NCBI GenBank assembly: GCA_039804765.1
Contig: JBDLVL010000002.1
Span: forward strand, 24,739 to 88,738
Source: Actinomycetota bacterium
GTDB lineage: Bacteria; Actinomycetota; Actinomycetes; Actinomycetales; Microbacteriaceae
Direction of reading: 5' to 3'
Length of the DNA: 64,000 nt
Shown: positions 48,374 through 58,780 of the stretch, one piece after another
Layout: every line of letters starts with the position of its first letter
Position numbering within the stretch: the first letter of the stretch is position 1
Position numbers and translations under genes: made by a program
Notes under the pieces: model-generated
Seen by the model: only the letters and a program-made list of their open reading frames with translations
What the model was told of the DNA's origin: nothing
Databases searched by the model: none

Positions 48374-49381
48374 TTAATTCACTAGACCGTTGGCAAATTC
48401 TTTGGCGTCAAAGAAAGCAAAGTCATCAATGCCTTCGCCTACTCCTACAAGTTTCACAGGAATTTGTAGCTCACGCTGAATTGAGTAAACAATTCCACCC
48501 TTGGCTGTGCCATCAAGCTTGGTCAGCACGACACCTGAAACATTTGCAACCTCGGCAAAAGCCTTGGCCTGTGTCAATCCGTTTTGACCAGTCGTTGCGT
48601 CGAGCACCAAAAGAACTTCGCTAATTGCGGCCTGTTTTTCAATCACGCGTCGAATCTTGTCTAGCTCGTGCATTAGGTCTGCCTTGTTTTGCAGGCGCCC
48701 AGCGGTATCAATAATTACGATGTCGGCATTTTGCTTGATTGCCTCGTCAACCGTTTCAAAAGCAACCGATGCAGGATCTTGACCCTCTTGCTTTGGACGA
48801 ATCAAAGTTGCGCCAGCACGATCGGCCCAGGTGGCAACCTGATCAACTGCAGCAGCACGGAAGGTATCGGCAGCCCCGATAACGACCTTGAAACCGCCCT
48901 GTACCAACCAATTTGCTAGCTTGCCGATGGTGGTGGTCTTACCAACACCGTTGACGCCCACTACAAGAATCACGTAAGGAGTCTTGCCATCGCTCAGGTT
49001 TAAGGCCTTGCCCAAGTGCTCTAGGTTTTCTTCTAGCACTGCCGCAAGAATTTCTTTCAGTTCAGTGTCTGTCTTGGCGCCTTGTTTCTTGGCGCGTGCC
49101 TTTACCTCGGCAACAATTGCTGCAGCTGCATCGACACCAAAGTCTGCCTGAATCAAAGTATCTTCAAGCTCATCAAGATTTTCGGGATCAAACTTCACTC
49201 GACTAAACAGCGAGCGAATCCCCTTTTTCGCACTTCTCTGCGGAAGAACTACTGCTTCCAGTTCTTCTTCGAGAGCAATTGCAGGTTTTGCAGCGATTCC
49301 GGAGGAGAACTTTGCGTCAGCAATCTCGACGGAGGTTTCGCTGAAATCCTGCTTCTTCTTTTTCCAGAACTGGAAAGCCAA
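48374..49381 (-). CDS. ftsY: SRP receptor FtsY
   Basis: GVNGVGKTTTIGKLA, DTFRAAA, DTAGRL, DATTGQNG, TKLDGTAKGG. Confidence 0.96.
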   Translation of the reverse strand: MAFQFWKKKKQDFSETSVEIADAKFSSGIAAKPAIALEEELEAVVLPQRSAKKGIRSLFSRVKFDPENLDELEDTLIQADFGVDAAAAIVAEVKARAKKQGAKTDTELKEILAAVLEENLEHLGKALNLSDGKTPYVILVVGVNGVGKTTTIGKLANWLVQGGFKVVIGAADTFRAAAVDQVATWADRAGATLIRPKQEGQDPASVAFETVDEAIKQNADIVIIDTAGRLQNKADLMHELDKIRRVIEKQAAISEVLLVLDATTGQNGLTQAKAFAEVANVSGVVLTKLDGTAKGGIVYSIQRELQIPVKLVGVGEGIDDFAFFDAKEFANGLVN

Positions 49382-49384
49382 GGT

Positions 49385-52300
49385 CTATTCCTTTTCGGCC
49401 AGGCGCTGCCCAACCACTGCAGAGACACCGTCTTGGCGCATGGATACACCGTATAGCGCATCGGCGATTTCCATGGTGCGCTTCTGGTGGGTAATGATGA
49501 TCAGCTGCGAGTTAGTGCGCAGGTCTTCAAAAATTTGGAGCAGGCGACCAAGGTTTGCATCGTCAAGGGCCGCCTCAACCTCGTCCATTACGTAGAACGG
49601 TGAAGGGCGCGCCTTAAAGATTGCAACCATAAGTGCTACGGCTGCCAGCGAACGCTCACCACCCGATAGCAATGAAAGACGTTCGATTCGCTTACCTGCA
49701 GGCTTGACAGTTACTTCAAGGCCGGTGGTGAGCAGGTTGTCTGGGTCGGTCAAGAAGATTGAACCGGTTCCGCCTGGGAACAAGGTTGGGAATACCGTTT
49801 CGAAAGCCTTGCGAGTGTCTTCGAAAGCATCACCAAAAATGGTTTGCATCTTGACGTCAAGATCTTCGATGATCTGCAGCAAGTCCTTGCGAGTCTGAGT
49901 TAAATCGGCAAGTTGCTCAGTCAAGAACTTGTGTCGCTGCTCAAGGGCTGCGAACTCTTCTAGTGCAAGTGGGTTTACTTTGCCAAGTTTGTCGAACAAG
50001 CGCTCGGCATCCTTTAGACGCTTCTGCTGTTCTTCGCGAACGAACGGCTTGAATCCGCCATCGGCTTCTTCGTCAGGAATTTGAACCTCTGGGCCATACT
50101 CTTCGAGTAGAACGGTTTGTTCCAAGCCAAGTTCTTCGTTTGCTCGGCTTACTAGGTTTGCCAAGGTCAAACGCTTCTCATGGTTTGAAAGTTCCATGTC
50201 GTGAACGCTTTGAGTCAACCCCGATAGCTTCATCTGAATTTCTGCAGTCTCGCCACGAAGTTTTACGAGCTCTGTGTTTTGGTTCTGGCGCTGTGACTCA
50301 AGTTCGTGCAGCTTGAACTTAGCCTTTGAAGCGCTATCGGCAACCGCATCCATCAAAGTTGGAAGCACGTTTAGAACGCGCTTTGCAGATGCAAGCTGGC
50401 GAGCCTGAACCGCGGCGGCGTCCCTAGAGCGAGCAATTGCATCTTTGGCTTCAGAAACCTGAGAACGAAGTGCGGTTGCACGTTCCTGCTCAACACGAAC
50501 GCGCTCAATTGCAGCACCAAGTTCAATGCGAAGTTCAAGTTCACGCTGGCGCTCTTGCTCAAGATTGTCGGCAAGGGTCTGACGGTTAGCCAGATCAAGT
50601 TCCGGGCGTTCCTGCGCAGCAAATTCATCGTGTGCGGTAATTGCAGCATTCAACGCGGCTTCGGCAGCAGCGATTCCCTCGGCAGCAGTTTCAGCTACCA
50701 AAGCCAAACGCTCAAGCTCTGCCTCTGATGCTTCTACCTGCACGCGCAGGCGGCCAAGTTTCTCGGCATTTGCAGCCAAGGTTGCGTCTTGCTCGTTAAG
50801 CGCGGCGAGTGCTTGCTTTTCAGAGGCCTTAGCTGCTTCCTCTGTGGAACGAGCCTGGGCAAGTTCTGAGTTTGATTTCTCGATGATGTTGTTGACTTGG
50901 GTCAAGCGCTTCTCTGCGCCATCACGCTCAGCCACCAACTCAAGCTTTGATGGAGCTGACGATGAACCACCGCGAATTACTGTTTCGGTAAGCACGTCGC
51001 CGTCAAGAGTAATCAGAGTCAACTTCAAGGTTGATGAGTCGCGTGAATATAGTTCACGAGCTGCATCTAGGTCGTCAACAATAACCACGCTTGATAGCAA
51101 CGCAAGAATCCCGGTTGGTGCCTCAACGACATCTGCTGCCGAACGAGCACCGGTAATTTTTGGCAGGTTAGCCGCAGCGCCCTTGGCATCAACGTCTGCA
51201 ACGATAAGTTCAACGCGACCACCGTCACTCTTCTTAAGGTGCTCAATCGCTGCAAGCCCCTCATCACGTGAATCCGCAACCAGCGCATCGGCCAACGGTC
51301 CAAGCGCCGCGGCAATCGCAGCCTCAAAACCATTTTGAATCTTCATGTGGGTTGCTACTAGGCCACGAATACCTCGCAGGCCAGCAGAGGAAATCTCAGA
51401 CGCACCGTCTTTTTGCTCAAGAGTCAGATTCAACGCAGAACGCTTAGCAGCAAGAGAGTCACGCTCACGCTCTGCTTTGTGCAACTCATCGCGCAACGCA
51501 TCAATTCGAGTCGCGGCTTCAGATACAGCCTTTTGTGCAGCTTCGTATCGGTTTTCCAGTGCACTGTCTGCCGAGCTCTGCTGATTCTGCGACTGAAGTT
51601 CTGCGTCGTACTCTGCTTTGCGGGCAGCGTGACGGTCGCGTGCTTCACCTAGTGCGCTCTCGTGACGAACTACTTCGCCGCGAACGCTGACCAACTTTGA
51701 TTCTGCAACCGCGGCCTCGTTAGCCAAGCGCGCCTTATCAAGATCAAACTTGGAGATAAGTGCGTTCTGCTCGGCAACCTGATTGTCAAACTTCTCAAGT
51801 ACATCGCGTGCTTCGCTGCGAGATTCCTCGGCGCTTTGCAAAGCGCGCTTCAAAGTTTCAACAGTCGCCTGCAACTCAGTTGCAGTCGCAATGGCTTGGT
51901 CTGCCTCTGAATCAAGCGCAGCCGGGTCAATCTGACCGGCCGCAACCTCTGCCTGTTGACTTAAAAGTGCAACGCGTTGGTTTGCAATCGAAAGCAGTGA
52001 ACGCAAACGTTCGGCTAGCGAGTCGAATTGGTATGAAAGATTACGAGCCTGATCAAGCTCGGTAGAAACTTGTGCGGCTTCCAGTTGACCAAGACGCGCG
52101 GTGTTCTCGGCAAGCAAACTCTGCAGAATGTTTCGTTCGCCACGGCGATCTGCCTCTGACTTTGCAGTCTCTTCTAGCCCGCGGTGAAGTTCAGAAATAT
52201 CGGCGGCCAGCAACCGTGACTTTGCATCACGCACAACTGCTGCAATTCCCTGTGCCTCGCGAGCAACCTCAGCCTGCTGGCTCAGCGGCTTCAACTGGCG

Positions 52301-52897
52301 ACGCACTTCACCGGCCAAGTCATTCAGGCGAGTTAGGTTTGCCTGCATCGCATCGAGCTTGCGCTCAGTCTTTTCTTTGCGACGACGGTGCTTCAAAATA
52401 CCAGCGGCTTCTTCGATGAATCCGCGACGCTCTTCCGGAGTGGCACGAAGAACTGAATCAAGCTGACCCTGACCAACGATTACGTGCATCTCTCGGCCAA
52501 GACCGGAGTCGCTCAAAAGTTCTTGCACATCAAGCAAACGAACTGGCTCGCCGTTGATTGCGTACTCACTACCGCCGTTGCGGAACAAGGTACGTGAGAT
52601 TGTTACCTCGGCGTACTCGATCGGCAATGCGCCATCGGCGTTATCAATAGTAAGAATTACCTCGGCACGACCCAGCGGACCCTTGGTAGAAGTACCGGCG
52701 AAGATAACGTCTTCCATTTTTCCACCGCGAAGACTCTTGGCGCCCTGCTCACCCATTACCCAGGCAAGCGCGTCTACAACGTTAGATTTTCCGGAACCGT
52801 TTGGACCAACAACTGCGGTCACACCCTTTTCGAAAGCAAAGGTGGTTGGTTGGGCGAAAGACTTAAATCCCTTTAGGGTGAGGCTCTTGAGATACAA
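49385..52897 (-). CDS. smc: Chromosome segregation protein SMC
   Basis: LKGFKSF, GPNGSGKSN, coiled coils and hinge, LSGGE, MDEVEAALD, ITHQ. TTG at 52897 follows GGGGGAG. Confidence 0.97.
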   Translation of the reverse strand: MYLKSLTLKGFKSFAQPTTFAFEKGVTAVVGPNGSGKSNVVDALAWVMGEQGAKSLRGGKMEDVIFAGTSTKGPLGRAEVILTIDNADGALPIEYAEVTISRTLFRNGGSEYAINGEPVRLLDVQELLSDSGLGREMHVIVGQGQLDSVLRATPEERRGFIEEAAGILKHRRRKEKTERKLDAMQANLTRLNDLAGEVRRQLKPLSQQAEVAREAQGIAAVVRDAKSRLLAADISELHRGLEETAKSEADRRGERNILQSLLAENTARLGQLEAAQVSTELDQARNLSYQFDSLAERLRSLLSIANQRVALLSQQAEVAAGQIDPAALDSEADQAIATATELQATVETLKRALQSAEESRSEARDVLEKFDNQVAEQNALISKFDLDKARLANEAAVAESKLVSVRGEVVRHESALGEARDRHAARKAEYDAELQSQNQQSSADSALENRYEAAQKAVSEAATRIDALRDELHKAERERDSLAAKRSALNLTLEQKDGASEISSAGLRGIRGLVATHMKIQNGFEAAIAAALGPLADALVADSRDEGLAAIEHLKKSDGGRVELIVADVDAKGAAANLPKITGARSAADVVEAPTGILALLSSVVIVDDLDAARELYSRDSSTLKLTLITLDGDVLTETVIRGGSSSAPSKLELVAERDGAEKRLTQVNNIIEKSNSELAQARSTEEAAKASEKQALAALNEQDATLAANAEKLGRLRVQVEASEAELERLALVAETAAEGIAAAEAALNAAITAHDEFAAQERPELDLANRQTLADNLEQERQRELELRIELGAAIERVRVEQERATALRSQVSEAKDAIARSRDAAAVQARQLASAKRVLNVLPTLMDAVADSASKAKFKLHELESQRQNQNTELVKLRGETAEIQMKLSGLTQSVHDMELSNHEKRLTLANLVSRANEELGLEQTVLLEEYGPEVQIPDEEADGGFKPFVREEQQKRLKDAERLFDKLGKVNPLALEEFAALEQRHKFLTEQLADLTQTRKDLLQIIEDLDVKMQTIFGDAFEDTRKAFETVFPTLFPGGTGSIFLTDPDNLLTTGLEVTVKPAGKRIERLSLLSGGERSLAAVALMVAIFKARPSPFYVMDEVEAALDDANLGRLLQIFEDLRTNSQLIIITHQKRTMEIADALYGVSMRQDGVSAVVGQRLAEKE

Positions 52898-53018
52898 GCT
52901 AACTCCCCCGTCTTCGCCGATTATTTGACCGCGGACCAACTGCCGCGACTATCAAAAATACCTTATTTCCAAGGGGTCGCTTGCCACACCCATAGCCGCA
53001 GGGGCGCCAAACCAGGCC

Positions 53019-53948
53019 CTAGGCCCTGAGTTTCTGGCAATTCGGGCAGAAGTGACTGCCCCGATTCATCCAAGAATCTCGTTTTATTTCGCGGCCGCAC
53101 CGATTGCACGGTTCTCCGGTCATTCCATAGGCGTTCAACGAGACGGCAAAATACCCAGTTTCACCATTTACGTTCTTGTATTGCTCGTCAAAACTAGTTC
53201 CGCCTTCTTCGACCGCCTTGGCCAGAATTTGGCGAACGTGTTCCAACAATTCTTTAGCCTTGGCGCTCGAAAGACTGGCGGCAGGCTGGTCGTAGTGCAA
53301 CTTTGATCGCCACAAGGCCTCGTCAGCATAGATATTGCCGATGCCACTCAGGGTTTGCTGGTCCAGCAGCACTCGCTTGATGCCGGAGTTCTTCTTCTTG
53401 AATTTGGCCAGCACCGCTGCTTCATCGAAATCGGCGTCGAGAGGATCACGGGTGATGTGGGCAGCCTGGATTGGAATCAGAGTTTGCCAAGGTTTGCCCT
53501 TGCCCACGCCGGCACTGAATCCACCCGGCTTGCCATCGGCAGTTGGCTGCATTTCATCGATTGCCAGTGAGCCAAAAATTCGCTGGTCGATAAAACGAAA
53601 TTCCACTTCCTTACCTCGCGAAGTCTTTAGATGAATTACCACGCGAGTCAGTTTGTCTTCTGGGTCAGTTGGCTTGCGCAGCAACATTTGCCCGCTCATG
53701 CCCAAGTGGCCAACCATTGCTAGCGAACGGTGCTCGCCTTTGACCTCAAGCGGTAGCCACAAAAATTTGCCACGACGAACAACACCAAGAACTTTGGCGC
53801 CAATCATGGTTTGCTGAAAATCCTTAACACCACCAGGGTGACGCTTTAGCGATCTGGAATCCAAAACATCAACACCCATAACGGTTGCGTTGGTTAGCGC
53901 TGGAGCCAGTCCGGCTCGAACGGTTTCGACCTCTGGTAATTCAGGCAT
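53019..53948 (-). CDS. mutM: Formamidopyrimidine-DNA glycosylase
   Basis: MPELPEVE, RRGKFL, HLGMSG, LLDQ..SGIGNIYADE, C-terminal CxxC...CxxC zinc finger. Confidence 0.96.
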   Translation of the reverse strand: MPELPEVETVRAGLAPALTNATVMGVDVLDSRSLKRHPGGVKDFQQTMIGAKVLGVVRRGKFLWLPLEVKGEHRSLAMVGHLGMSGQMLLRKPTDPEDKLTRVVIHLKTSRGKEVEFRFIDQRIFGSLAIDEMQPTADGKPGGFSAGVGKGKPWQTLIPIQAAHITRDPLDADFDEAAVLAKFKKKNSGIKRVLLDQQTLSGIGNIYADEALWRSKLHYDQPAASLSSAKAKELLEHVRQILAKAVEEGGTSFDEQYKNVNGETGYFAVSLNAYGMTGEPCNRCGREIKRDSWMNRGSHFCPNCQKLRA

Positions 53949-53954
53949 TGGTTT

Positions 53955-54632
53955 TTATTTGCCGTGCATTTTGGCTAGCGCGTCAATCGCTGCCTCTGTT
54001 TCGGCGCCCTTGCGAGATTTTCCGTTTCCCTCGCCAATCACGATGCCTTCGGCAAGAACCGTGGCATGAAAGTCGCGATCGTGATCCGGTCCTTCAAAAG
54101 TCGTTTCGTAAATGGGTGCGCTCTTGCCTTGTTCTTGAACGCGCTCTTGAAGCGTGGTCTTAGGGTCACTGTTTTCGCGAAGTGCATCGGTGTCTTGAAG
54201 CAATGGGAAAACAAAACGCTCAACAATGCCGCGTGCTTCGTCGAGGCCCTTTGAAACATAAACCGCACCCAGGATTGCCTCAAAGGTGTCGGCCAGTAAA
54301 TTAAGTTTGTTGCGGCCACCGGTTTGATCTTCACCTTTGCCAAGGCGCAAGAATTCGCCAAGGCCAAGTTCACTGGCAACTGCGGCGAGCGCGCGAGCAG
54401 AAACCACGGCGTTCTTTACTTTGGTGAGCTCGCCTTCTGGAAGCTCAACCAAAAGGTCGTGAATGTGCGCCGTAACGACAAAACCCAACACCGAGTCCCC
54501 GAGAAATTCGAGGCGTTCGTTGTTGGGTGTATTGCCGTGTTCGTATGAATACGAACGGTGAGTAAGTGCGAGTTCAAGCAGCTGTGGCTCAATCTCAACG
54601 CCTAAGCGAGTGCATAGAACGTTGAGGTTCAT
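53955..54632 (-). CDS. rnc: Ribonuclease III
   Basis: ALTHRS, NERLEFLGDSVL, ADTFEAILGA, dsRBD DPKTTLQE. Confidence 0.97.
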   Translation of the reverse strand: MNLNVLCTRLGVEIEPQLLELALTHRSYSYEHGNTPNNERLEFLGDSVLGFVVTAHIHDLLVELPEGELTKVKNAVVSARALAAVASELGLGEFLRLGKGEDQTGGRNKLNLLADTFEAILGAVYVSKGLDEARGIVERFVFPLLQDTDALRENSDPKTTLQERVQEQGKSAPIYETTFEGPDHDRDFHATVLAEGIVIGEGNGKSRKGAETEAAIDALAKMHGK

Positions 54633-54648
54633 CGCGACTTAGAAAGTT

Positions 54649-54852
54649 TTAAGCGTCAGCGACCTTGCGGCCCTTGTACTCAAGGAACAGCGCGTTGCCG
54701 GCTGAGTCTGAAACAAGCTTCGCGCGGTGAGGCATTGAGTAAACGGTCTTACCGTTCTCAACGGTCTTCACCAAAGTAACTTCAGCGGCCTTCCACTGTG
54801 AACGACGTGCGTGTGTGCGTGCACGAGATAGGCGTCTCTTTGGTACTGGCAT
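54649..54852 (-). CDS. rpmF: 50S ribosomal protein L32 (Cys-less form)
   Basis: [31 protein letters not shown]. Between yceD and rnc. Confidence 0.93.
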   Translation of the reverse strand: MPVPKRRLSRARTHARRSQWKAAEVTLVKTVENGKTVYSMPHRAKLVSDSAGNALFLEYKGRKVADA

Positions 54853-55389
54853 TTACTTGTCCTTTTTCTGAAGCGATGGATCCTGAAGTTCTTGCAATGC
54901 ATTCCACCGCGAATCAATCGGAGCTTCGTGCACATGGTGCGGATTGTCAGCCATCTTCACACCGCATTCCGCGCACAAACCTAAACAGTCGGTGCTACAA
55001 AGTGGGTGGAACGGAAGATTTAGTACTACCGCGTCACGGATGATTTGTTCTAGATCGATTTGCTCGTCTTCGACAACGTGTTCATCCTCGTTGGTTAAAG
55101 AATAGGCGAAAAGTTCCTGAAAATCCACCTCAACTGGCACGGTTAGGGGCTCTAGGCAGCGGCTGCACTCGGCATCCGCGTCTACGAAGACCTCGCCGGT
55201 GGCCAGGATTCCCTCGTGAACTGACTCCAAACGAACGTCTAGATCAAGCTCGGCACCCTTTGGAATCAAGGCAATACCCTCACCCATCTGGTCTGGGGTC
55301 ACGATATCTAGCTTTAGTTCACGCATTTGACCCGGCTTATGCATGAGGTCATGCACGGCGAGGACGTAATCGGTGTTGTTATTGGCCAT
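54853..55389 (-). CDS. yceD: YceD/DUF177-family protein
   Basis: ECSRCL, LPFHPLC..DCLGLCAECG, DSRWNAL. Confidence 0.9.
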   Translation of the reverse strand: MANNNTDYVLAVHDLMHKPGQMRELKLDIVTPDQMGEGIALIPKGAELDLDVRLESVHEGILATGEVFVDADAECSRCLEPLTVPVEVDFQELFAYSLTNEDEHVVEDEQIDLEQIIRDAVVLNLPFHPLCSTDCLGLCAECGVKMADNPHHVHEAPIDSRWNALQELQDPSLQKKDK

Positions 55390-55901
55390 TAGTCCTGGGC
55401 CTTTCGATTAGCAGCAGAGGCAGAAAGTGCATTTGCGGTGGCCTGGGTCACATATTTGGAGACCTGGCCGCCTAGGTCGGCAACCTGCTTGACCAAAGAA
55501 CTTGAGACATGGCCGTGAATTGGGTCGGCCGGGATGAACACGGTCTCAACGCCGGCAAGGTCGCGGTTGACCTGGGCCATTGGCAGCTCGTAATCAAGAT
55601 CAACGCTGGTGCGGAAGCCCTTGACCAAGGCAGTTGCGCCAATCATCTTGCAGTAGTTGACCAAAAGGCCACCATCAAGCGTGTCTACAGTGATCTTGGC
55701 TGGTCCGGTAATTTTCTTTTCGGCCAAGCTGGTGCGGATAAGCTCTACGCGCTCTTCGCTGGAGAATCGGGGTGACTTGCTTGGATTGTGCACGACCAGA
55801 ATGTGTACCTCGTCGAAAAGGTTGGCTGCTCGGGCAGAAATATCCAGGTGACCCAAAGTGATTGGGTCGAACGAACCAGGGTAAACCGCAATTGTAGGCA
55901 T
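55389..55901 (-). CDS. coaD: Pantetheine-phosphate adenylyltransferase
   Basis: YPGSFDPITLGHLDI, KGFR...D.DYE, VSSSLVK. Confidence 0.96.
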   Translation of the reverse strand: MPTIAVYPGSFDPITLGHLDISARAANLFDEVHILVVHNPSKSPRFSSEERVELIRTSLAEKKITGPAKITVDTLDGGLLVNYCKMIGATALVKGFRTSVDLDYELPMAQVNRDLAGVETVFIPADPIHGHVSSSLVKQVADLGGQVSKYVTQATANALSASAANRKAQD

Positions 55902-55923
55902 TGCTCTAGGTTAGCCGAGCGGA

Positions 55924-58125
55924 TTACCCCTTGGCTAGGTTGGCTTGGCGTTCTTGATCCTGGCGGGCCAAAGATTCGGCAAGATCTGGGTGTTTTTCTA
56001 GGGTTGGGTCGGCGGTCATTAGTGCTTCCACCTGGGTTCGCACCGATTGGATGAGCGCGGCATCTTGTAGCACGCGCAACAACTTGAGGCTGGAACGGCC
56101 ACCGGATTGCGATTGACCAAGCACATCACCTTCTCGGCGAAGTTCCAGATCAATCTCGCTGAGCTCAAAGCCATCTAGAGTTTTGGCAACCGCATTAACT
56201 CGCTCAAGGGCAAGCGAACCTTCTTCGGCAGAAGTAAGCAGTAGGCAAAGACCAGGGTTGCCACCACGACCAACGCGGCCGCGCAACTGGTGAAGTTGGC
56301 TAACGCCAAAACGATCGGCATCAAGGATTACCATCACGGTTGCATTTGGAACGTCAACGCCAACCTCAATCACCGTGGTGGAAACCAGAATGTCAATTTC
56401 TTTTGCCGTGAAGCGCGCCATGACGTTGGCTTTTTCATCCGAACTCATGCGTCCGTGCAAGGTTTCGATGCTTAGGCCGGCGAGACTTGGAACTTTTCTG
56501 AGCGAATCGGTCATACCAAGTGCCGAGGCAAGTAACTGCTTTGGCTTTTTAGCGAATTCGGCCGCTTGAGCGTCGGAGCCATCAAGAAAAGTTAAATCGT
56601 CTTCGGCGGCTCCGCCGGATTCGATTAATTCTTCGCCAGGGTCGTCTTCGTCAATGCGCGGACAAACCACGAAAGCCTGGCGACCGTTGGCAACCTCTTC
56701 AGCAATGCGCTGCCAGGTGCGTGCAACTAGTGCCGGCTGTGAAAGCTGAACCACGTGTGAGGTAATCCCCTGACGACCAGCCGGAAGTTCGGTGAGTGTT
56801 GAAACATCAAGATCACCAAACACAGTGACGGCAAGTGTGCGTGGAATTGGAGTGGCGGTCATGGTGAGAACGTGTGGCGGTTGCTTACCTTTTAGGCGAA
56901 GGGCTTCTCGCTGCTCAACACCAAATCGGTGTTGTTCGTCGATAACGATTAAACCAAGGTCAAGGAATTCAACTTTGTCGGCAATTAGCGCGTGAGTGCC
57001 AACCACAATCTGCGCTTTGCCACTGACTAGCTGCAACATGGCACGCTTGCGGTCTGCGGTGTTCAGCTGACCGGTGAGCAACGTTAGCCCAAGCTCTTTC
57101 GCTAAATCTTCACCAAGAGTTTTTTCAATTGATTTGTAATGTTGCGCAGCAAGTACCTCGGTTGGCGCGAGCAAAGCCGATTGGCCACCGGAGTCGGCAA
57201 CAGTGATCATGGCGCGAAGTGCAACCAAAGTTTTACCGGAACCAACTTCACCCTGCAGTAAACGATTCATTGGATGCGAATTTCCAAGGTCGCTTGTGAT
57301 TTCTTGACCAACCAAAACCTGGCCACTGGTAAGCGTGAACGGCAATGAAGCGTCGAACTTTGCCAGCAAGTTACCCTTACCCGCAATGCGCGGTGTGGCC
57401 TTGACGTGCTGATTCTCGGCACGGCGTTGCAACAAAGTTGCCTGCAAGGTAAATGCTTCGTGGAACTTTAGAGTGTCACGCGCTGCCTGCCAATCGGCAT
57501 GTTTTTCTGGGCGGTGAATGTTCCTGATTGCATCATCTAGTGAAAGCAATTTATTTTGCTTGACGATGTCGGCTGGTAGCTCGTCAGCGATTGGGCCAAG
57601 AGTGTCAAGAATTACCCCAAGCGATCGCTGAATTGCCCAAGTGGTAACTGTGGACGCTGCCGGGTAAATCGGAATCGGAAGTTCGGCCCAACGCTTGGCG
57701 TCTTCATCAGATATTTCCTCTGGAAAGAGTTCGTAATCCGGGTGCGCAAGTTGCAGCTTGCCCTGGTAGCTGCTTACCTTGCCGGCAAACAAACCACGCG
57801 CACCGGTGCGCAATTCCTTTTGACGCCAAGCCTGGTTAAAAAACGAGAGCGTCATGAATCCATGGCCGTCGGTAATTCGTACTTCAAGAATGCTGCCGCT
57901 ACGGCCTTTCATGCGACGTTCTGTTACCTGAACGATGTCGGCCACTACGGTAGCCGGTTCGCCCAGTGGAATTTCGCTGATTGGGGTTAGCTCTCCCCTG
58001 GTTGAGTAGCGGCGCGGAAAATGCAACAACAAATCAGAGACTGTTCGCAACCCAAGGTGTTTGGCGAACGACTTTGCAGTGCGGTCACCCAGCACACGGG
58101 CTAGCGGTTCGATTGGAAGCAGCAT
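55924..58125 (-). CDS. recG: ATP-dependent DNA helicase RecG
   Basis: RLLQGEVGSGKT, APTEVLAAQH, IDEQHRFG, MTATPIPR, TTVIEVGVD, QLHQLRGRVGR. Confidence 0.97.
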   Translation of the reverse strand: MLLPIEPLARVLGDRTAKSFAKHLGLRTVSDLLLHFPRRYSTRGELTPISEIPLGEPATVVADIVQVTERRMKGRSGSILEVRITDGHGFMTLSFFNQAWRQKELRTGARGLFAGKVSSYQGKLQLAHPDYELFPEEISDEDAKRWAELPIPIYPAASTVTTWAIQRSLGVILDTLGPIADELPADIVKQNKLLSLDDAIRNIHRPEKHADWQAARDTLKFHEAFTLQATLLQRRAENQHVKATPRIAGKGNLLAKFDASLPFTLTSGQVLVGQEITSDLGNSHPMNRLLQGEVGSGKTLVALRAMITVADSGGQSALLAPTEVLAAQHYKSIEKTLGEDLAKELGLTLLTGQLNTADRKRAMLQLVSGKAQIVVGTHALIADKVEFLDLGLIVIDEQHRFGVEQREALRLKGKQPPHVLTMTATPIPRTLAVTVFGDLDVSTLTELPAGRQGITSHVVQLSQPALVARTWQRIAEEVANGRQAFVVCPRIDEDDPGEELIESGGAAEDDLTFLDGSDAQAAEFAKKPKQLLASALGMTDSLRKVPSLAGLSIETLHGRMSSDEKANVMARFTAKEIDILVSTTVIEVGVDVPNATVMVILDADRFGVSQLHQLRGRVGRGGNPGLCLLLTSAEEGSLALERVNAVAKTLDGFELSEIDLELRREGDVLGQSQSGGRSSLKLLRVLQDAALIQSVRTQVEALMTADPTLEKHPDLAESLARQDQERQANLAKG

Positions 58126-58201
58126 TCATCTATCTTCGCTGTTTGGCATCGGGCACAGCGGTAGGCATGGCTGTGGGGCTGGCACTTATGATTGGAGTCT
58201 T

Positions 58202-58780
58202 ATGACACGAATCATCGGTGGCATTGCAGGTTCGAGACAACTCACCAGCCCGGCCAAAGCAACCAGACCAACCAGCGACCGCATTCGCGAATCTATCTTC
58301 AACCGCCTGGCCTCCCGCGATCGTCTTGATGGCGCACGAGTGCTTGACCTTTATGCCGGCACCGGAGCGCTGGCTCTTGAGGCCATTAGTCGCGGTGCTG
58401 ATTCGGCCATTCTGGTCGAAAAGGATGGCAAGGCCGCTGCTGTTTGCAATCAGAACGCTCAACTAATTCAGAAGGCTCTAGAAAAAGAAGGTTTCTTTGA
58501 CGCCATCACCAAGGTGGCACACAAGGCGGTCTCAAGTTTTCTAAGCACCGATACCGGCGAATACGACCTGGTGTTCATTGATCCGCCCTACGACATTTCA
58601 AACGCCGAAGTTATTGAGAACCTTGAGGCACTGCTACCAAAGCTTGCAAAAGATGCAATCGTGATGGTGGAGCGATCAAGTCGCTCAGAAGCTTTAGCAA
58701 TTCCAACGGGTTTAGTTCTCGACGAAGAAAAATCTTACGGAGATACCCTTGTGTACTGGTTAGTTAAAGAAACCTTTTAG
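58202..58780 (+). CDS. rsmD: 16S rRNA m2G966 methyltransferase
   Basis: MTRIIGG, TRPTSDRIRESIF, LDLYAGTGAL, DPPY, YGDT. ATG at 58202 follows GGAG. Confidence 0.93.
   Translation: MTRIIGGIAGSRQLTSPAKATRPTSDRIRESIFNRLASRDRLDGARVLDLYAGTGALALEAISRGADSAILVEKDGKAAAVCNQNAQLIQKALEKEGFFDAITKVAHKAVSSFLSTDTGEYDLVFIDPPYDISNAEVIENLEALLPKLAKDAIVMVERSSRSEALAIPTGLVLDEEKSYGDTLVYWLVKETF

Noticed and set aside
47998-48624. 208-aa + strand ORF and the many other 60-165 aa alternative ORFs in the track
   Set aside because: They lie antisense or out of frame within well-conserved genes and show no recognisable motifs; they are expected shadow ORFs.
56520-56660. Acidic insertion in RecG (also the Der N-terminal extension and the MutM loop insertion) as possible inteins or new domains
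   Set aside because: Short, low-complexity, no intein terminal residues or endonuclease motifs; such insertions are common in actinobacterial orthologues.
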